A stretch of 64,000 bases of DNA, from contig JBBCGN010000001.1 in assembly GCA_037200905.1 (NCBI GenBank), positions 116,795 through 180,794 of the forward strand, in the 5' to 3' direction. The position numbers and the translations under genes were made by a program. Below are positions 46,668-57,200 of the stretch, piece after piece. Under the pieces are notes generated by a model. That model searched no databases. It was not told the DNA's origin and saw nothing but the letters and a program-made list of their open reading frames with translations. Source of the DNA: a bacterium. GTDB lineage: Bacteria; Patescibacteriota; Minisyncoccia; Phycocordibacterales; UBA9973. Within the stretch, counting starts at the first letter, position 1. Every line of letters starts with the position of its first letter.

Positions 46668-46669
46668 AA

Positions 46670-47819
46670 TTATATCTTTTCAAAACTGTCCTTTTTCAGC
46701 GTGATAACTCTATTTTCGGTGAGGTCCTGCAGCAGCTCTTCGATCTGTATCGAAGCCACGCAGCCGACAGTATCCGCTCCGCCGTAGTACACGAACAGCT
46801 CCTGATCCTTGATAACGGCTCCGCAGGAGTAGATGATGCCCCATTTGTTGCCTTCGTTCTCATACCGCTCGTCTGGCGCCAAGATCGCGCCCTTGCTTCG
46901 GTACAGCACTTTAGTCGGATCATTCTTGTCGAGAATAAGGGCGTACAGCTTGTAGCGCCCGGGATCACTGGGTTCGGTGACATGATAGAGTACCAGCCAC
47001 CCGAGCCGGGTTTTCATCGGGCTCGGCCCGACGCCGCGTATGCCGGTTTCTCCGACATTGCGTTCGCGGTCATGATGAGAGATGCTCTTGATGAAATCCT
47101 TGTCGCTGAATTTCTGCCAGTCGTCGACATAATCGATGAGCACTTTCGGAGAAATGCTATGCAGAACGGCAACTTGCCGTTGATCTTGTCCGGAAAAAGC
47201 GTCCAGTTCTTGTTGATCTCGCCGGGAGGAGAAATGAATATGGTTTTTTCCCATTTCCATTTCTTTCGCTCGAAATCAGCAAGCGGCATCGAAGTCAGCG
47301 CGATGCCGCACCGAACCCCAGCCATCGAAAGGCCGTATACAAGAGATACACGATATCGCCGATCCTGGTCAGGCGCGGATCCTCGCAGCCGCCGCCCCAG
47401 CCGCCGCCGGAACTGAAGAAGAGCGGCAAGGAGAAGTCAGGCCGGTCCTTGAAGCGCTTGTAGACGAAATGAGGGGCCCGCTCGCTGATATGCATGCCAT
47501 CGTCGCTCCGCGCGTAGCCGAGCGCCGAGCTGTCATCCTCGCCGATGGCGCGATAGATGATGTGTACCTTGCCTTTCGATTCGAACGCTGTCGGGTTGAA
47601 GGCGGCTTTCGATTCCCACGGATACAATCGCGGCTCGATGATCGGATTGTGCGGCGCGCGCTTGAGCTCGGCAGGCTTGCCTTTTCTCTGAAGCGCCCGC
47701 TTTGCAGTTTTCTTGATAGCTATAGCTTTCTTTGCGATTTTCTTTATTATTTTCTTCGGAGGGATCTTTTTCGCAACAGTCTTCTTCGGCTTCGCCTTCG
47801 GAGCGGTCTTCTTTGCCAA
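46670..47819 (-). CDS. GH130-family protein with a Lys-rich N-terminal tail, with three or more apparent frameshifts (near 47174, 47316-47319, 47327)
   Basis: The 50-aa tail is MAKKTAPKAKPKKTVAKKIPPKKIIKKIAKKAIAIKKTAKRALQRKGKP. Then come HNPIIEP, AFNPTAF, GGCEDPRLTRIGD, PMKTRLGWLVLYH and VYYGGADT. Confidence 0.75.
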
Positions 47820-47932
47820 AGATTTTTGACAGCCTTTACCGGCTTTTTCTTAGATGCTGCGTTCGCCATTGCCTAAGTATACCAGCAAATCGCCGGCTGA
47901 TACAAGAGACGATACGGCCCGAAAAGGGCCGT

Positions 47933-47960
47933 TTGACAATTCCCTCCCGAAGGCTATGAT
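47933..47960 (+). promoter_or_regulatory. Promoter TTGACA-16-TATGAT preceded by a hairpin
   Basis: ttgaca at 47933-47938 and tatgat at 47955-47960. The hairpin acggccc-gaaaa-gggccgt at 47914-47932 abuts the -35. The promoter is about 150 nt upstream of the ORF at 48112. Confidence 0.45.
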
Positions 47961-48111
47961 AGGAGTAGAAAACAGCATTTGATAACCGAAAAATCACAGC
48001 GTATGAAAGATAGGAAAGTGGCCATCGTCCAGATATGCGTGCTCTCTTCTTTTTCTTCCTCTTCAGATCGTGCCAGAAGTAAGCAATTTTCCAAACCATA
48101 AATCAACACAC

Positions 48112-48640
48112 ATGAGAAAACTGATGTTCCTCCTGTCCCTCTCCTGCCTGATCGGCGAAACCGCCTTCGAGCAGGAAAGCGCGAGCGAGACCTGCACGCG
48201 CAGATTCCATTACGGCCTCGATTTCAGCTTTTCCCAGAAGCCCGACCTCGACGTATCGGGCGGAGCCTGGTTCAAGGTCTTGAAGCAGGAAGCAGCCGTC
48301 CTTCTGGGCGTCAAGCAGCACAAGGGCAAGGGCGTCGCCATCGTCGAGGGGAAAGAGCGCGAGCTCTCCACCGTCACGGCCTTCGGCACCCTGCTCGCCG
48401 AGTTCAAGGTGTTCACCTTCGGCAAGAGGCTGCCGAAAAAGGGCGATGACGCCTTCATGGGCAAGATCCTCGTCGTGCCGTACGTCTCGACGAACGCAGT
48501 CCGATTACTGCGAGACCGGCGTCAAGGCGGAATACCTCATGAACGGCGTCTGGGGCTGGGATATCGGCATCAACACCAACAGCGACAGGAGATTCGCCAG
48601 AGGATTCACCTGGAGCGCCGGAATATCGGTCGTTCTCTAG
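48112..48640 (+). CDS. Secreted hypothetical beta-rich protein (one apparent frameshift at 48501-48502)
   Basis: Signal peptide MRKLMFLLSLSCLIGETAFE. The C-terminal part (DYCETGVKAEYLMNGVWGWDIGINTNSDRRFARGFTWSAGISVVL) is in the frame of ORF 48446..48640. Confidence 0.45.
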
Positions 48641-48680
48641 CACGAGCTGTGCCATCCATGTCATTCCTATGACAACGCAA

Positions 48681-48716
48681 AAGCTGTTTCCTTTTGGAAG
48701 CAGCTTTTTATTTTTT
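48681..48716. terminator. Bidirectional terminator
   Basis: 11-bp stem aagctgtttcc/ggaagcagctt with a tttt loop, followed by a long T-run. Confidence 0.75.
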
Positions 48717-48721
48717 ATATT

Positions 48722-49901
48722 CTATTGAGCCGATGATGGAGTCAGCGCCTCGCCCGTAGAGCTATGGCCGAGGGCGTCGATGACATTGGCGGACATATTG
48801 TGGTCATCAAGCGGTACTTCGGTTTTTGCTCTGAATACATACAGGTTGAAATACGAGAGCAACAGGATCACGGCGATCATGGCGAATCCCCTCGCCAGGG
48901 CCGGCTTGTGGCGCACCTCCGAACGCACGAACATGATCACGAGAACCAGGAGCACGATCAGGCCGAGGGTTTCAAAGATATAGGCCGCCGTGGTGCGCGG
49001 CGAGGAAAGGGCCCGTTCGAAGAACGATTTTACCGACATCTTCGGAGCAGCTGCGGTGGCCAGAGGCATGGAAGTGGATTCTTCGCCGAGGACTTTCACG
49101 GCCACTGGAACCACTGGTTCAAGAACCGGCTCCGTGACTGTCGCGTAGTTTCTGGTGCCGGTTCAACTATAGGTGCTGGACTTGGGGCTGGTTTTGGACT
49201 TGGAGCCGGGCTAGGCTTCGGAGTTGGCTTTGGAGAAGGTGTTGGAGCCGGTGCGGGTTTTGGCTTAGGTTCTGATTTTGGTGCTGGCGCAGGCGCTACA
49301 GCCGGAGCAGGCGAATCAGCTGATTTGATCGGCGCATCTGCGAAGACCAGCGGCTTGCCGAAGAGCTGGGCCACGAAGACGGTGTTGTGCCCCTGATACG
49401 TGCCAGTAGCCACGCCGATGCCGATCTCGGTGTATTCTTTCTTCACGATATTCTCGCGATGCGTCGGCGAGTTCATCCAGGCCTGGGCCACGTCGTTCGA
49501 TTCGAAGAAGTTCACGGCCAGGTTCTCGCCCGCATAGATGTAGTTGTAGCCGACCTGTTGGAACCAGTACCATGGCGTCTTGCCTTCGGGGCTCGTGTGC
49601 GCAAAATATCCGTTCCGGGCCATGTCATCGGCTTTTTCCTGGGCCGCTTTGTCGAGGAGTGCGTTTTCCGTGAGCGGCGCGGCGCCATTGTCGGCCCGTT
49701 CTTTATTGGTCAGGTCGGCGAGCACTGCGGGCAATACCTGGGCCAGAAATTTTGTCTTGTCGAAAACCAGGAAGACCTGCACCAGGAAGCCGAGCTCGAT
49801 GACCATGATGACGAGGAAGAACACGAGCATGCTCTCGTGGCGCAGGAGGTGCGGGTGGAAGTCATTCCCGGCATGCGGAACGAAGTATTTTTTTCAGCCA
49901 T
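48722..49901 (-). CDS. Membrane-anchored CAP/SCP (YkwD-like) domain protein with a Pro/Ala/Lys-rich linker and a C-terminal TM region (two apparent frameshifts at 49149-49151 and 49888-49894)
   Basis: The CAP motifs are YFAHTSPEGKTPWYWF...AGENLAV...WMNSPTHRENI. The linker is PAPAPKSEPKPKPAPAPTPSPKPTPKPSPAPSPKP. The N-terminus MAEKKYFVPHAGNDFHPHLLRHES is restored by a 1-nt change in a t7 run. Confidence 0.65.
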
Positions 49902-50010
49902 TTAGAAATCCTTTTCATTGCTATAATTATACACCATTTACAGTATAAAGTCAATACACTATCCCAGCCCTAAATATGCAGTAATTGTAGCGCTTTTTCG
50001 CCCTCCGCAC

Positions 50011-50043
50011 AAATAAAAACACCCGCCTGTGAAAAGCGGGTGT
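50011..50043 (-). terminator. Intrinsic terminator after the amidase gene
   Basis: On the minus strand: acacccgc-ttttcacag-gcgggtgt followed by tttttattt. Confidence 0.75.
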
Positions 50044-50063
50044 CGATGAGATTTCTGGGTAAT

Positions 50064-51121
50064 TTACTTCCTAAAGAGCACGATGGTGCCGGGCGGTATG
50101 GCTGTGCCGTCGATCTTGTCCCCGCTCCTGATAGTCTTATCAGGAAAGCGGTAATAGGTGGAAGGCAGATCAGCATCTCCGTCGGTGATGTGGTACGCAG
50201 TGCGTTCTTTCGTCACAGTCCGCCATAGATGTAACCTACAAGGACTTTGGTTGCCGACAGGCAGAGCTTTGAGCTCGGCTTCTTTGAGCTGCGCTCCGGT
50301 GAAGATCAGGCCAGTGGCGTAGAAAATAAATCGTTGTTGACTGATTGTATTCTTCGCCGGCGATGGACCATACCCCTTTGTTCGTGATGACGCGGAAGCC
50401 TTCGAAGTCGTCGTCCGATTTGACCGTTTTCCCCTTGGACAAAGTTCTTCTTGTCCTTGGCGATCTCATCCGGAGACACCGCTTTGCGGTACAGCACGTT
50501 TGCCAGATACGAATCCGCATCTATCAGGCGGTGCGCGTTCACGTCCGGATCGGAAGAGAACGTGTTGCCGAGGCCCATGGCCGTGCGCACGTCCCTTGGT
50601 GGCAAAGAGCATGCCGCAGCGTTTCCTGCCTCTGTGACTCTTCGAATACCATTGATTCGGAGTATCGTAGGCGACCATCGAGTGCGTCACTACTTTGTCT
50701 TCCGACAAGCGATACTTGGTCCGCAGGTATGCGATGAGCGTCTTCAGCGCAGCGAGCTGCTTGGCAGTCGGCTTCTTGTCGTGATAGCCGACCACTTCGA
50801 TGCCGACGGAAGTGTTGGACAGGTTCGTGCGGTTATACCACATGCTCCGTCCGGCGTGCTTGGCTACGCGATTGTCCTTCGATGATGACCCACACCGTAC
50901 CGTCGGAACGGACGATGTAATTGCAAGTACCGTACCGATGTACGGCATGGAACGACGAATTGTCATTGCCTTCGGTAGTATGGAGGACGATGTAATTCGT
51001 CGCGGGTGCGCACATGGCGCTTGGCATTCCACTTGGAAAGCTTTGCCGGGTATTTGACCGCGGCGGCGCTCGTGAGGATAAATCCCAAAAAGATTGAAAG
51101 GAACAGGCTGACCTTCTTCAT
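50064..51121 (-). pseudogene. Amidase_2 (PGRP-like) N-acetylmuramoyl-L-alanine amidase, with at least 6 frame changes. Either a true pseudogene or a badly assembled gene
   Basis: Signal peptide MKKVSLFLSIFLGFILTSAAA. The fragments NYIVLHTTEG, CNYIVRSDGTVWVII, AKHAGRSMWYNRTNLSNTSVGIEVVGYH and LIAYLRTKYRL...VVTHSMV are spread over three frames. Confidence 0.55.
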
Positions 51122-51168
51122 ATGATTGGTTTTGATTTAGTTTAAAAATGAAGAGATATCTGTAGTAT

Positions 51169-51197
51169 ATTATATACCATTTTTACTTATTTGTCAA
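51169..51197 (-). promoter_or_regulatory. Perfect-consensus sigma70 promoter (TTGACA-17-TATAAT) upstream of the amidase gene
   Basis: On the minus strand, ttgaca lies at 51197-51192 and tataat at 51174-51169. Confidence 0.6.
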
Positions 51198-51233
51198 TAG
51201 ATATTCTGGCTTGTCATATAAGGCTTAAATAGC

Positions 51234-51259
51234 AAAAACCCCGCAAAAGCGGGGTTTTT
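51234..51259. terminator. Bidirectional terminator after the giant gene
   Basis: A5-ccccgc-aaaa-gcgggg-T5. Confidence 0.8.
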
Positions 51260-51271
51260 GTCGAGAAGCTG

Positions 51272-54200
51272 TTATGAGTGCTTCGGTGCGGCGGGATGCA
51301 CGCTGAACGGCACGAGGCTCGGAACGGTGAGGTTCAGGCTCGGGCACATGATGTTGTTCACCGCGGTCTGGGTCGTCAGGTAGAAGATGCCCGTCGGAGC
51401 GGCGATGTGCCATGGGTCGAGGATAGCGTCCTTGTGCGCGAGCTGGAAGGCCTTGAGGGCGTCTTCCGTCGGCTGGTCGAAGATGCCGCTCGTCGCGAGA
51501 GTCGTGTGCGTATAATCGTTCAAGAATTTCTGGAGCTTTGCTACCGCATCGGCGTCGTTGTCATAGCCCTTGCGCAGGAACTTGTCCACGTAGATGCCGC
51601 AGGTATTCTCTGCTCCGAGGACCGCGCCGTTCGTGGTCGAAGCGCCGAGGACTCGTCCGCCTCCCCCCGCCGCCGGAGGAGTGGCTGCCCTTGCGGGAGC
51701 TGCCGCCGGAGTGATGCTTCGCGGGCTTCGGATCCTGCACGCACTGGCCGTCCTCTTCATGCTCGTCGCTGTCGCATTCGAGCGGAGGCGTATCGTCGCC
51801 CGGCGGCGTGACTTCGTTGTCGACGCACTCGCCCTCTACTTCGTGCTGATCATCGCCGCATGTTGTCGGCTCGTCCGGAGTCTGCGGCTGTTCCGTTTCT
51901 GCGGGCAGGCATGGCAGCGCTTCGCCGAAGTTGCTTGCAGTATTGTCTTCGCAGAGTTCGGGTACAGAAGGATTCTGTTCGTTATCGCTCTGGCATGGGC
52001 CGGTCTCCTGTATGCCTGGATCGGTCTCTTCGTTCGGACATGCATCGCTTGGAGGCGTATTGTCATCGCCATTGCCGCCGTTGCCCGGAGGAATCACCTC
52101 TTCCCCGGTCGGTACGTTGAATCCGATGCAGTGGTAGGTCTCGCCCGCTGCCACTGTCGGGATGGCGTCATAGTTGTCATAGTGGACGATGTCCGTCGAG
52201 CAGTAGAATTCTGCCGAGACGCTCTGGTTGCGATTGTTGCCGGTGAACGGGATGTAGCCGTCCTGGAAGACTTCGCGCACCCAGACCAGGCTGCCGGCAG
52301 GAATCTCGGTCGTGCCGCCGAATGTCGTCCATGGCGCGCCCGCCTCCTCGGCTTCATCGCCGGGATTGGTGTAATCCTCGAGGTCCGTGCCCGGGCGCCA
52401 CTGGAATGTCCACGGCGCGAGTTCGCAGTCAGGATGAGCGGCGAGGAATGCCGTCGCGGTATTCCCGTCGATGCTCGTCACTGCGTCGCCGTTGCCCCAG
52501 TTCGGCAGGTCGCTTTCGGCCGGACAGATGATCTTCACGGCGTCGATGGTCGCGGTATCTGCCGGCTCCTCAGGCTCTTCCGGAGCGGCATCGACGCACT
52601 CGAGGGTCACGGTGACCACGAGGTCGTTGAAGTCGTTGTCGAAGCCCGCATCGCTCGTCTTCAAGTCTTCGAAGGCGAGGACATAGGTATTGCTTGCCGG
52701 ATTGTAGACCACTGCGTGATCTTGGCCGGAATTGTTGAGCGAGTTCTCCGTGGCCGCGGTCGCCTTGAAGGTATTGCCCTCGAAGGTCTTGATGGCGAAG
52801 CCGAGGGTCGTTGCCCCTTCAGGCACAGTCACATCGAACGGTCCGGCTGATGCGAGCGGCGTCGAGCCGAAGCCGGTGATAGTCGCAGTCTTGAAGACCG
52901 GCACGAAGTTCGCAGTGTCCCCGTCCACGTAGTAGCCGAAGACCTGGTTGCGTCCGGCAAAGCTGTTCACGAAGGCTGCATCAATGTGGATCTCCGAGCC
53001 CGGCGTGACGTTCCAGGTCTGGAACTGCTTCTGGTCGGTCTGTGCGTCGAGAGTGTATGGAGTGGTATCGAGGATTTCCTGCAAGTCCTGTTCCGCGCCG
53101 GGAGCCGGGTTCACCGTTTCTGCCGTGCTGTCGCCGAGAGCGCTCGGTACCGGGCAGGAGTTTACCACTTCTACCGGAGGCTGCTCGTCCTCGCACTTCT
53201 CGTTCCAGACGATGACGTACTCCGTAGCCTGCAAGTCAGTGAAGTCCGGTGCGGTCAATGCTGGTACTTTCGAAGCGGCATCTGCGAATGAGACGGTGCT
53301 CGTGGTGTAACCGACGAGAGCGAAATCGTGATCGGCGTCGCAGGTATTTCCGACTGCGCTGTTGATGACTTCGTGCGCCGCGTAATCAGCTCCTGCATCC
53401 GCATCGATGAACGATGCTTCGTATGCAGGGTCGCCGTACCAGCCGTTCGCATCGAGGGTAAACGGCACATTCGCGTATGATCCCTGCGGTACGCCGTCGT
53501 ACGTCGTGAGCATCGCAAATGATGCGTTGTTGGTATTTGCTGCTGTGGCATGCACGCCGTCGACGTATTTCGCGATGTGCACGCTGACTTTCGTCGGAGG
53601 CACTACGATCTCGCCGCACTCGTGGTTGTGAACGATGACAAATTTGTTCGCAGTAAGGTTGGTGAAGCTCGGAACGGTTGCGGTAACCGGAGCCGCTACT
53701 GCTGCCTCGTACGTGTCGCCTACCGAGTAGCCGACAAATGCGAATGGCGTGCCGGCATCGCATGTCGCGCCGACGACGCTGTCGATGTGCTCGTGGGTAG
53801 CATAGTTCGCGCCAGCGTAGAATTCGAGCGTCTGTGCCTCATACGGAGTAGGTGTCAGGCTGCCGACAGTGCTTAGTGTATACGGATCAGTGCCTGTGAG
53901 ACTGCCTGGGAACGCTTCGTTCGTGAAGCTGTAGTCAGCCTGCATGGTGAATGTCGCGCTGTCAGCGTTCTCTGCTGTCGCATGCGTGCCATCAATGAAC
54001 TTGGCGATGGTCACGTGGACGTGTGTCGGAGGTACGACGACTTCGTTGTCGATAGTTATCTTGTACGGATTTTCGGCATCGTTGCTCCAGGCACTGATAT
54101 TGCCATTGACATCCTTTGCACGGACCTGGACGTAGTAATCGCCTTCTGGCGTATTTGGAGTCGGGATGTTCGTATCGGTCAACCAGCCGCTTGAGTACGC

Positions 54201-57200
54201 GAGAGCCGTGTATGCCGCATCAGTGAAAGCTTGGTACTGGTACGTGATAGGGGCATCGCCTGTCGATGCTGACCAATCGACTTCCGTAGCCGCTGCTGTC
54301 GTAAGGACTGCGCCGTTTACAGGGCTCGTGAATGCTGGAACACTGAGAGGATTTTGTACCACTGGGGTTGTCGTCGTCTCACTTACTTCGTCTGAGATTG
54401 ATTCAGGCGAACCGTGCGATACGCCTCGGAAGAAGTACGGAGTGCCAGGAGTAAGGCCAGTAACTACGACTGTATGCGAAGTAACTTTTGTGACTGAATC
54501 GGTTTCGCTAGTTGAAGATTGGTAACCATAGTTTGGCGTACCGGCAGTATGTGCATCAATATCTGAGACTGGTGAAGTGCCGTATACCACTCGTGAAGTT
54601 GCAGGGTGGTCAGTCGTCCAAGTGACGGTGATGGTCGTATCTGTTGGCGTTGCCGCATCAGCTGAAGTAATGACTGGAGCTGGAAGGTCGCTAATAGTAA
54701 ATACTCCAGCAGTGAAGTTGATTGTGTAGTTAGTGCCAGCTGAAAGCGTACCTTGATTTATCGCATATGTATTTATTGTCTCACCTGCTACGCGAGCGAG
54801 TGCGCCAGTAAAGTTGTTGCCTGCGATAAGCGCCGGAGCAGTGTACGTCAACGCTGGGTCAATGTCGCCAACTGTTTTACTCTTGTTGTCTGCGGTGACT
54901 GATACCGTCGCTGGACTGATAACAAGTGAACCAGTTGTAGAACCAGTGTAGTTTATATCAACGATAGTTGCTTCTACTGCATATGTGCCAGCATTTGTCG
55001 GAGCAGTTGCCGAACCGTTATATGTAACTGTTGTAGTAAGGCCTGATGGAGTTGTTGTAACAGTCGCAGCATGAGTATTACCATCATATGTCGCAGTTAA
55101 ATCAGAAAGTGAGATTGTTGCAGAAGTTGTACCGACAATAACTGTGCGAATAACTTGTATTGCATGATTTCCATGAGCATCTACCGCATCGTAATTGATA
55201 TGGTATGTGCCGACTGGAGTTGTCGGAGTGACAGTGTCTCCTGTTACTGTTACTGCTACAGAGCCATCAACGAGGTCAGTTGCTGTCGCACCTTCATCAG
55301 GGTAACCGATTCCGTATGCAACATTTATATTTGCATCGCCAGCAAGTGTAATTGTCGGAGCAGTATTATCTACGATTTGGAATGTCGTTCCATTAGCACT
55401 TGTAAGATAGTTTGCTGTCGCTGTGTATGTTGCAGATGCGTTTGCTATACCAGTGTTTGTATTGTTTGTGTAATCTACTGCAACTGCTTCACTCAGACCA
55501 TTTACGCCTGTGACATTTGCTGTACATGGAGTAAGTGCAGAGCCAGTGTAGTTTGCTGTCGCCGGGCAAGAGATAATTGTATCTGTAGGTGCTTTTGCGA
55601 TCACAAGAGTGTCACCTGCAGAACCTGTGTAGTTTATATCATTGATTATTGCAACAACTGGGTAACTTCCCGCTTCGGTAGGAACCGTTGAGGAACCGTT
55701 ATAAGTGACATTCACAGTGAGTCCAAGCGGAACAGTAGAAGTCGTAACTGCTTTCGGCGTGCCGTCGTACGTCGCAGCAGTAGCGCCGATCGTTACGGTT
55801 GCTGTCGCTGAAGTGATCTGATCATGAACGGTCGAGCTTGCGTTGTTATAGTTTCCAGTGACATCGGTAAATATCCAAGCATCAGCTGGATAATCGCCTG
55901 CCGCTGTGTGGGTCGTGCCTGAAAGATCGAGGCCGGAAAGCGATTCAGCAAGTACGCCTGTTGCCGTACCTGTCGCAGTGTGAGCTGCCGTGTCATAAGC
56001 GGTATTGTAAGAATTTACGACGATAGTTGCATTAGCTTTATTTATTGTTATAGCGACATCGCCCGATTGTTCAGCGTAGTTCGGATTCGAGAATATCCAG
56101 TGCGCATTGCCTCCAGGAGCGTTCGTATATGAAGCGCCGAGAGTCAAACCTGTCAGAGTGCCTTCTACGCCAGTACATGAACCAGTTGCGCCGTGCACTG
56201 CGCCGTCATATGCATGGTTGTATCCGGTGATAGTACAGATAGCCGTACCGGAATCGATAGAATCATCGACTGTGCCATTTGTAGAGTTATAGTTTCCGTT
56301 ACCGTCAAATGTCCACGCATCGCCGTTAAATGTGCCGGCTACGGTATGCGTCGTGCCGCCGAGGTGGAGCAAGCTATCGAGGTTAGCAGGAATTGTTTCT
56401 ACGCCACTTGCAGTACCAACAGCCGTGTGAGGGTTGCCGTCATATGTGACATGGTACGCAGTGACTGAGATGTTTGCATCAGCTTTCGCAATAACGAAAT
56501 CTTGTTCGTCGACGCCGGAATAATTTGGATCAGTAATAGTTGCTACCGCATTATATGTGCCTGCATTTACCGGAGCATCCGGTGAGCCGTTGTAAGTAAT
56601 CGTGTAGTCCAAGCCCTCTGGAACTGTCGTTGCAGTTGCAGACTGGGCATTGCCATCGTACGTGTGAGTAAGATCAGAGAGCGTAATTGTCGCAGCGGCT
56701 GCCGTTATAACGCCGGTATTGTCTGCAACCAAGGTGACGTCGTAATCATCGCCGACGAATCCGTCATTTACCGTGTAATCAGTAACTGTGAGCGTCTTCG
56801 TTATACCGACGCTTGCATCCGCATATTCTTGAACGCGGCCAGTAACCGTATCCAAGCCTTGCAGGCCGTCTACAGTTGGAGTTTCATCAGAAGCGACAGT
56901 ACCGTCGTAGACTTTCGTATCAGTAACGGCAGTGATGGTCAAAGGTGCAGCGGTGATATTTGCAGTAGTTGAAGGCTGGGTCAGCGTATAGTTTACAGCG
57001 TCAGCACCAGAGAGTGTGAAGCCCAAGACAGATATTGTCTTGCCATCGCCAACATCTTTCGTATCAAATGTGCCTGCTGCAGTCCCGATGATAGTGACAT
57101 CGTCTCCATCGACTACTCCGACAAGGGCTGCGCCAGAGGTATCAAGAGTTGCATCTGTTGTAGCATCGTACGTTTTATTGCTTGCGGTTACTCCTGTGAC

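Noticed and set aside
2450-51668. Programmed ribosomal frameshifting or transcriptional slippage as the explanation for the many broken genes.
   Set aside because: The sites are short (2-7 nt) homopolymers of all four bases, with no shared slippery heptamer or downstream structure. They occur several times per gene, in both directions, and hit genes never known to be recoded. Sequencing or polishing error is far more parsimonious.
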